Assembly (NCBI GenBank): GCA_943354645.1
Contig: CALRCO010000001.1
Coordinates: 1 to 47,496, forward strand
DNA from: Candidatus Nomurabacteria bacterium
Lineage (GTDB): Bacteria > Patescibacteriota > Minisyncoccia > Phycocordibacterales > UBA9973
DNA: 47,496 nt
Reading direction: 5' to 3'
In this document: positions 42,268-47,496 of the stretch, in pieces
How the letters are laid out: each line of letters starts with the position of its first letter
Numbering within the stretch: the first letter of the stretch is position 1
Translations under genes and position numbers: made by a program
Notes under the pieces: generated by a model
What the model was told of the DNA's origin: nothing
Database searches by the model: none
What the model saw: the letters and a program-made list of their open reading frames with translations, nothing else

Positions 42268-42933
42268 ATGCCAGCACCAACAGGACAATCAAATAAACCT
42301 TTCACTCCTCGAGCAGGTGGTGCGCCTATGCGCCCGCGTACTGGTCCAGGCGGTCCTTCTCGCGGTCCAGGTGGCGCAGGGGGAGATCGACGTGGTGGTG
42401 GACGACGTCCAGCATTTGACCGTCCAAAGCCTGAATACGATCAGAAAATCCTTGGTATCCGACGCGTTACTCGTGTGGTTGCCGGCGGACGACGCATGAG
42501 TTTTGCAGTCGCGCTTGTTATCGGTGATCGAAAAGGTGTTGTTGGGGTAGGCACCGGTAAAGCAACCGATACATCACTCGCAATTGCAAAAGCACAAAAA
42601 GCAGCAAAGAAAAATTTGATTGTCATCAAACTCACGAAAGAAAATTCTATTCCACACGATGTTGCCGGAAAATTCTCAAGTTCTGAAGTTATGCTTATGC
42701 CAAACCGCGGTCGCGGTATGATTGCTGGCTCTGCTATCCGCGACATTCTCATTTTGGCTGGCGTTAAAGATGTCAGTGCAAAAGTACAAACAGGAAGTAA
42801 GAACAAATTGAACATTGCTCGTGCATGTATGGTTGCTCTCGAACGCGTCAGTTCTCCTCGCATCATTCGCGCAGAAGAACCAAAGCCTGTTGCACCCGTT
42901 GTTACCCTTAAAGATGCTGAAGAAGTAAAATAA
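42268..42933 (+). CDS. rpsE: 30S ribosomal protein S5 (about 55-aa Gly/Arg/Pro-rich N-terminal extension)
   Basis: ILGIRRVTRVVAGGRRMSFAVALVIGD, GSKNKLNIARA. N-terminus PRTGPGGPSRGPGGAGGDRRGGGRRP. Confidence 0.94.
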   Translation: MPAPTGQSNKPFTPRAGGAPMRPRTGPGGPSRGPGGAGGDRRGGGRRPAFDRPKPEYDQKILGIRRVTRVVAGGRRMSFAVALVIGDRKGVVGVGTGKATDTSLAIAKAQKAAKKNLIVIKLTKENSIPHDVAGKFSSSEVMLMPNRGRGMIAGSAIRDILILAGVKDVSAKVQTGSKNKLNIARACMVALERVSSPRIIRAEEPKPVAPVVTLKDAEEVK

Positions 42934-42937
42934 TTTT

Positions 42938-43381
42938 ATGCAAATTCACAACGTCAAAAGAACAACTAAATTAAAGACACAGACCCAAGTTGGCCGCGGT
43001 GGCAAACGTGGTAAGACAAGTGGTCGTGGTACAAAAGGTCAAAAAGCTCGTTCAGGTCACAAGATCCGACCGGCATTTCGAGATATCATCAAGAAAATTC
43101 CTAAGCTCCGCGGTCGCGGTAAGAACAAAAACGTTTCTTCAAGTCCAAAACCTTCAGTGGTTTCTGTTGGACGCATTGCCGCAGTATTTACAAAAGCTGG
43201 TGCAATTATTTCTTCTCGAACTCTTGTTGAGGCAAAACTCATTCGCCCTCTCTCTGGTAAAAATCCAAAAGTCACTGTTGTTAGTGATGGTGATATCGCG
43301 GTAGCACTAGTATTCGAAAACATGCACATCACCGCTGGCGCAAAAGCAAAGATCGAAGCTGCGGGTGGAACCATTAAGTAA
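42938..43381 (+). CDS. rplO: 50S ribosomal protein L15
   Basis: GRGGKRGKTSGRGTKGQKARSG. Starts 4 nt after rpsE, leaving no room for rpmD. Confidence 0.93.
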   Translation: MQIHNVKRTTKLKTQTQVGRGGKRGKTSGRGTKGQKARSGHKIRPAFRDIIKKIPKLRGRGKNKNVSSSPKPSVVSVGRIAAVFTKAGAIISSRTLVEAKLIRPLSGKNPKVTVVSDGDIAVALVFENMHITAGAKAKIEAAGGTIK

Positions 43382-43468
43382 AAAGTTATCAAGTCCATCA
43401 AGTTGTAAAGCAAATGCAATTAAAACTAACTTTATAACTTTCAACTTTATAACTTTAAAAACTAACTC
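43382..43468 (+). repeat. Family B spacer, rplO-secY
   Basis: AAAGTTATCAAGTCCATCAAGTTGTAAAG ... AACTTTATAACTTTCAACTTTATAACTTTAAAAACTAACTC-ATG. Confidence 0.85.
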
Positions 43469-44740
43469 ATGAACACTTTTTTTCAAAAACTTAAACTTAT
43501 TTTTTCAGACAAAAGCCTTCGCCGCCGACTTCTCTTTGTTATCGGTGCGCTTATCGTATTTCGTTTGATGGCAGCAATCCCAATTCCAGGAATCGATACC
43601 CTTCGTCTTACACAATTTTTAAGTTCAAACCAATTCTTTGGTGTCTTAAACATTTTCTCTGGTGGTGGTCTTTCAAACCTTTCTATTATCATGTTGGGTG
43701 TTGGTCCGTACATCACGGCATCTATCATCATGCAACTTTTGACCGTCATGATACCTCGTTTGAAACAGCTCTACTCTGAAGAAGGGGAACAGGGTCGCAA
43801 AAAATTTGCACAATATTCTCGCATCATTACCGTACCTCTCGCTGTTGTCCAAGCGCTCGGCCTTTTGCTCTTACTCGAACGACAAGGTATTTTGCTCTCA
43901 AATGGCGTGTTTGGTCATGCACTCAACATTATCGTTGCAGTTACGGGCTCACTCCTCCTTATGTGGATTGGTGAACTCATTACAGAATTTGGTATCGGTA
44001 ACGGTGTCTCACTTCTTATTTTTGCTGGTATCGTTTCTGCATTACCGGGACACATCAACCAAGCGCTTTTTACCTACGATCCATCACAAATCCCGCTCTA
44101 CATTCTCTTTGCGGTTGTTGGACTCCTTGTTATTTTCGGGGTTGTGTTTATCGGTGAAGCAGAACGGGCAATTCCGGTGACCCATGCAAAACAAGTGCGT
44201 GGTATGCGCGTGATGGGAAGTGGCGGTTCATATATCCCAATGCGCATCAACCAAGCTGGCGTTATCCCAATTATTTTTGCACTTTCTATTCTTTTGTTCC
44301 CTCAATTGATCGGTAACTTACTCGCGAATTTCCATGGCGCATTTGCACTTAAAGTATCTGCAGTATTATTGTCATTCAAACAGACATCAATATTGTATGC
44401 AGTGTTGTATTTCGTCTTCGTCTTCGTTTTCACGTATTTCTACACCGCAGTTACGTTTGATCCAAATGCAATGTCAAAAAATCTCCAAAAGAGTGGCGCC
44501 TTTATTCCTGGTATTCGTCCTGGTGAAGCGACAGAAGCGTATCTTTCTAAGATAGCAACTCGGGTGACTTTTCTCGGTGCATTGTTCCTTGGCTTTATCG
44601 CTATCATGCCGCTTGTGATGCAACACATTACGGGCATTACTTCTCTTGCCCTTGGTGGTACCGCACTCCTCATCGTTGTTTCTGTGGTGCTTGATTTGAT
44701 TAAGAAGGTTGATGCGCAGATAAGTATGCGAGAATACTAG
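43469..44740 (+). CDS. secY: Preprotein translocase subunit SecY
   Basis: 10-TM protein; LGVGPYITASIIMQLL, GNGVSLLIFAGI, NQAGVIPIIFA. Confidence 0.95.
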   Translation: MNTFFQKLKLIFSDKSLRRRLLFVIGALIVFRLMAAIPIPGIDTLRLTQFLSSNQFFGVLNIFSGGGLSNLSIIMLGVGPYITASIIMQLLTVMIPRLKQLYSEEGEQGRKKFAQYSRIITVPLAVVQALGLLLLLERQGILLSNGVFGHALNIIVAVTGSLLLMWIGELITEFGIGNGVSLLIFAGIVSALPGHINQALFTYDPSQIPLYILFAVVGLLVIFGVVFIGEAERAIPVTHAKQVRGMRVMGSGGSYIPMRINQAGVIPIIFALSILLFPQLIGNLLANFHGAFALKVSAVLLSFKQTSILYAVLYFVFVFVFTYFYTAVTFDPNAMSKNLQKSGAFIPGIRPGEATEAYLSKIATRVTFLGALFLGFIAIMPLVMQHITGITSLALGGTALLIVVSVVLDLIKKVDAQISMREY

Positions 44741-44792
44741 GAGCAAGTAAGTAGTAAGTAGATAGTAGTAAGTAGGGAGAACAAAACACAAT
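44738..44792 (+). repeat. Family A word array after secY
   Basis: TAGGAGCAAGTAAGTAGTAAGTAGATAGTAGTAAGTAGGGAGAACAAAACACAATAAC, followed by hairpin 44793-44837. Confidence 0.85.
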
Positions 44793-44837
44793 AACATAAA
44801 CGCAGGATTTGGCTTCGCCAAATCCTGCGTTTATGTT
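44793..44837 (+). terminator. GGC-TTY-GCC-apex hairpin after secY
   Basis: 21-bp stem AACATAAACGCAGGATTTGGC-TTC-GCCAAATCCTGCGTTTATGTT. The inner 11 bp are identical to the 17059-17103 hairpin. Confidence 0.8.
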
Positions 44838-44848
44838 AGGATTTGGCT

Positions 44849-45454
44849 ATGGAAAACAAGCCACAAACATATATATTCATTGGCCAATCGGGTTGTGGCA
44901 AAGGCACACAAGCGAAATTGTTAGAGGAATGGATTAAACAAAACGATGTAGAAAAGCGAGAGGTATTTCATCTAGAAACGGGGGCAAAGTTTCGAGAATT
45001 TTTTACTACAGATAGTTTTACCAGTAAACGTGCAACAGCGCTCGGCGCAACAGGTGCGCGCCAACCAGACTTTCTCGCAATTCATATTTGGTCGCATGTG
45101 CTCATCGAATCCTACAACGGCAATCAGCATCTTCTTATCGATGGCACACCTCGATCACTAGCAGAAACGACGGCGTTTGATTCAGCGATGAAATTTTATG
45201 ACAGAGAAAAACCCACGGTTATTTTTATTAATGTATCGAAACAATGGTCTATAGATCGACTCACTGCTCGCGGTCGGGGAGATGATAAGTCTCAAGAAGA
45301 AATTGAAAAACGACTTGCATGGTTTACGAAAGATGTAATGCCTGCAGTTGAATGGTATCGAGGACATCCGGAATATCATTTTGTTGAATTGAACGGAGAA
45401 CAAAGTATCGAAGCAGTGCACGCAGAACTTATTAGTAAGATTGAAATGAAATAG
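44849..45454 (+). CDS. adk: Adenylate kinase-like nucleoside monophosphate kinase (short form, no zinc lid)
   Basis: P-loop GQSGCGKGTQA, DGTPRS, position after secY. ATG 44849 preferred to TTG 44843. Confidence 0.8.
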   Translation: MENKPQTYIFIGQSGCGKGTQAKLLEEWIKQNDVEKREVFHLETGAKFREFFTTDSFTSKRATALGATGARQPDFLAIHIWSHVLIESYNGNQHLLIDGTPRSLAETTAFDSAMKFYDREKPTVIFINVSKQWSIDRLTARGRGDDKSQEEIEKRLAWFTKDVMPAVEWYRGHPEYHFVELNGEQSIEAVHAELISKIEMK

Positions 45455-45462
45455 ATTTTTTT

Positions 45463-45535
45463 GTGTCGTCCCGATGAAAATCGGGATCCAGGCTAAATTT
45501 TTCCGCCTGGGTACCGGCCTCCGCCGGTATGACAC
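45463..45535 (+). repeat. Three-hairpin palindromic element, compact copy (adk-map spacer)
   Basis: GTGTCGT CCCGA-TGAAAA-TCGGG ATCCAGGC-TAAATTTTTCC-GCCTGG GT ACCGGC-CTCC-GCCGGT ATGACAC. Confidence 0.85.
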
Positions 45536-45544
45536 AATATACAC

Positions 45545-46312
45545 ATGCCAGTAATAATTAAAACAACTGAAGAAATAGAACTCCTGCGCGAGGGCGGCAA
45601 ACGCTTGGGCGAAATTGTCCGTATGGTCGCTAAAAAAGTGGCGCCTGGCATAACCACGCGCGAGCTCGATATGTACACGCGAGAACTCATTTCGGCACAG
45701 GACGGTGATACTCCCGCATTCCTAAATTACACGCCATATGGCGCAGATTATCCCTATCCAGCGGCACTTATTACCTCAGTGAATAGCGAAGTGGTACACG
45801 GTATTCCTGGTGATTATGTCCTCAAACAGGGCGATATTATCTCGCTTGATTGTGGACTCAAACACGCAGGATTATTTACGGATCACGCAATTACGGTCCC
45901 TGTTGGCCCTATTTCGAAAGAGGCAACAGAATTGCTCCGAGTCACTCGTGAAGCGCTCTATCTTGGCATAGAACAGGCAAGACCTGGTAATTACACTGGT
46001 GATATCGGCTATGCAATTGAGCAGTATGTGAAGAAATTCGGCTATGGCATTGTGCGAGATTTATCCGGTCACGGTGTTGGCAGAGAAATTCATGAAGATC
46101 CGTATGTGCCGAACTATGGCAAAAAAGGAAAAGGAGAATTATTGAAAAAGGGGATGACGATTGCTATTGAACCGATGCTTAATATAGGAAAAGGTGATGT
46201 GGTTACTTTGAAAGATGGATATACCATCAAAACAACCGATAATAGTTTGTCTGCTCATTTTGAACACACGGTTTTAATAACCGATGGCGATCCTGAAATT
46301 TTGACGGAATAG
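45545..46312 (+). CDS. map: Methionine aminopeptidase type I
   Basis: DCGLKHAGLFTDHA, GHGVGREIHE, IAIEPM, FEHTV. Confidence 0.94.
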   Translation: MPVIIKTTEEIELLREGGKRLGEIVRMVAKKVAPGITTRELDMYTRELISAQDGDTPAFLNYTPYGADYPYPAALITSVNSEVVHGIPGDYVLKQGDIISLDCGLKHAGLFTDHAITVPVGPISKEATELLRVTREALYLGIEQARPGNYTGDIGYAIEQYVKKFGYGIVRDLSGHGVGREIHEDPYVPNYGKKGKGELLKKGMTIAIEPMLNIGKGDVVTLKDGYTIKTTDNSLSAHFEHTVLITDGDPEILTE

Positions 46313-46313
46313 C

Positions 46314-46355
46314 ATAAATAAAAACTCGACACCCTGGTGTCGAGTTTTTATTTAT
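46314..46355. terminator. Bidirectional terminator between map and the convergent 46352 gene
   Basis: ATAAATAAAAACTCGACAC-CCTG-GTGTCGAGTTTTTATTTAT. Confidence 0.8.
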
Positions 46356-46966
46356 GCAGCCTTTTTTATTACCGATGGGATGCCACGAATGGCAAGGTTT
46401 GTAATTTCATTTGCAACATGGAGTGCTTCTTCCCAATCTGCTCGATGTGCATCAACAAGCGCAGGCGTCCATGTTTTTCCTAGGAGTTCGTATAAATGAG
46501 CAACTCGATTATCTATCATATTGATTATTTCTTTATTTTTTTCATTGACCACATTTGTGTACACGGTAGGAGAAAATTTTTCAATGTAGGTGCGCATATG
46601 CCCAGGTGATTCTTTATTGAATTTATTTTCAATAAAAGTAAGGGCTCTAGCAAATGAATCTACATCTATTTCATTAGTTAAATCATATTTATGTGAGGCA
46701 ATATCATCAAGTATTGATTCAAAGTTGTTTATTTCATTTAAATATTCACCACTTATACCTGATTTAGGGCTGATTGGTACCGGCATTTCTTTTTTGAGTT
46801 TTATTTCTTGTGGATGTTCAGCGTATTTACCATCTTGCAATTCATTATCGAAATCTTTCCTAGTTAAGTGTGCGTGTTCAAGTGTCGATCCTCCTTCTGA
46901 AGATAAAATATGTTCTCCCATTGATTCTTTCATGTTGCTTATTATATCACGGCCCTTTCTCCACAT
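46352..46966 (-). CDS. Hypothetical protein
   Basis: 204-aa A/T-rich ORF with no recognisable motifs. Its stop lies inside the bidirectional terminator 46314-46355. Sits where infA/rpmJ usually follow map. Confidence 0.45.
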   Translation of the reverse strand: MWRKGRDIISNMKESMGEHILSSEGGSTLEHAHLTRKDFDNELQDGKYAEHPQEIKLKKEMPVPISPKSGISGEYLNEINNFESILDDIASHKYDLTNEIDVDSFARALTFIENKFNKESPGHMRTYIEKFSPTVYTNVVNEKNKEIINMIDNRVAHLYELLGKTWTPALVDAHRADWEEALHVANEITNLAIRGIPSVIKKAA

Positions 46967-47002
46967 AAAATAGGGAGTTTAGACTGATATACTGTTTTGT
47001 AT

Positions 47003-47496
47003 ATGAATCCTAACGGCGTTGAATTGCCTAAATTTCAAACTCCTGAAGAAGAGCTTGCGTATTTGCGTGCGAAGGTTGCCGAACAAGGTTCGGCGACCGA
47101 GCACGCCCCGAGCATGTCGAGGGGCATAGAACGTCCGAAAGAGGCAGTTGCAGAATCCTATGTCACCCAATATAAAGAGCAGAAACAAGCAACACCTCAG
47201 CCGATTGCAGTGGTATTTCATGATGCGGATAAACATGAACTCGCACTCAAATTGAAGCCAGAAGCACACGATATGAAGATGGAAGAATTATTGGGCATTT
47301 TACTTTCAAAAGGCATCCGCGCGGCACTCGATGTCGCAGAAGCGCTCCATGATCCGCATGTGGATGATGACTTCCATCGTTTCTTGGTGCAATATCTTGC
47401 AACAGAACATGGCATTCCAGGACTCCGCGATAAAGAGCCGTTGTTCAAAGTGCTCTCGATGACGCTTTTTGAAGTGACATTGCCACCACCAAAAGA
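47003..47496 (+). CDS. Hypothetical protein (3' end outside window)
   Basis: Absent from the ORF track because no stop is reached. Frame is open from ATG 47003 to the window end (MNPNGVELPKFQTPEEELAYLRAKVAEQG...). TATACT at 46988-46993. Confidence 0.5.
   Translation, partial: MNPNGVELPKFQTPEEELAYLRAKVAEQGSATEHAPSMSRGIERPKEAVAESYVTQYKEQKQATPQPIAVVFHDADKHELALKLKPEAHDMKMEELLGILLSKGIRAALDVAEALHDPHVDDDFHRFLVQYLATEHGIPGLRDKEPLFKVLSMTLFEVTLPPPK

Noticed and set aside
5171-44792. Whether the word arrays (families A and B) are CRISPR arrays.
   Set aside because: The units are degenerate 7-12-nt words with no unique spacers of regular length. The arrays are only 30-60 nt long, always abut stop or start codons, and no cas genes are present.

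Overview
47.5-kb chromosomal segment using the standard genetic code: TGA, TAA and TAG all end conserved genes at the expected length. Gene content and style fit a small-genome Patescibacteria/CPR (Parcubacteria-like) bacterium; this placement is inference. Gene order, left to right: a 5'-truncated Cys-rich secreted protein and two small secreted paralogs; a type IV pilus-like operon (pilB, pilC, three prepilin-type proteins, one 589-aa PilX-like protein); tpiA-pgk; a HIT protein; recJ-rnhA-comEC (channel part); an Fe/Mn SOD on the minus strand; a separately encoded ComEC-type MBL domain; rpmB; an M50 protease; a 592-aa repeat-rich envelope protein. The rest is the str-S10-spc superoperon (rpsL rpsG fusA tuf rpsJ ... 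rplO secY adk map). This superoperon is interrupted four times by accessory genes and lacks rpmC and rpmD at their canonical positions. I recognised no rRNA, tRNA, CRISPR array, transposase, integrase or known defence system, so most of the coding content is ordinary housekeeping. The unusual signal is in the non-coding DNA. (1) Gene junctions are filled by modular, stop-codon-rich arrays of short words that form long inverted repeats, in at least four word families. (2) A family of covarying hairpins shares a conserved GGC-TTY-GCC apex. (3) A three-hairpin palindromic element (GTGTCAT...ATGACAC) is present in three copies. (4) Many operon heads have a -10 box 6-8 nt from the ATG (leaderless-like) and no Shine-Dalgarno tracts, whereas translation-gene promoters are followed by a hairpin at about +4 plus a U tract. 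All functional readings of these elements are hypotheses that need transcript-end mapping and comparative genomics.
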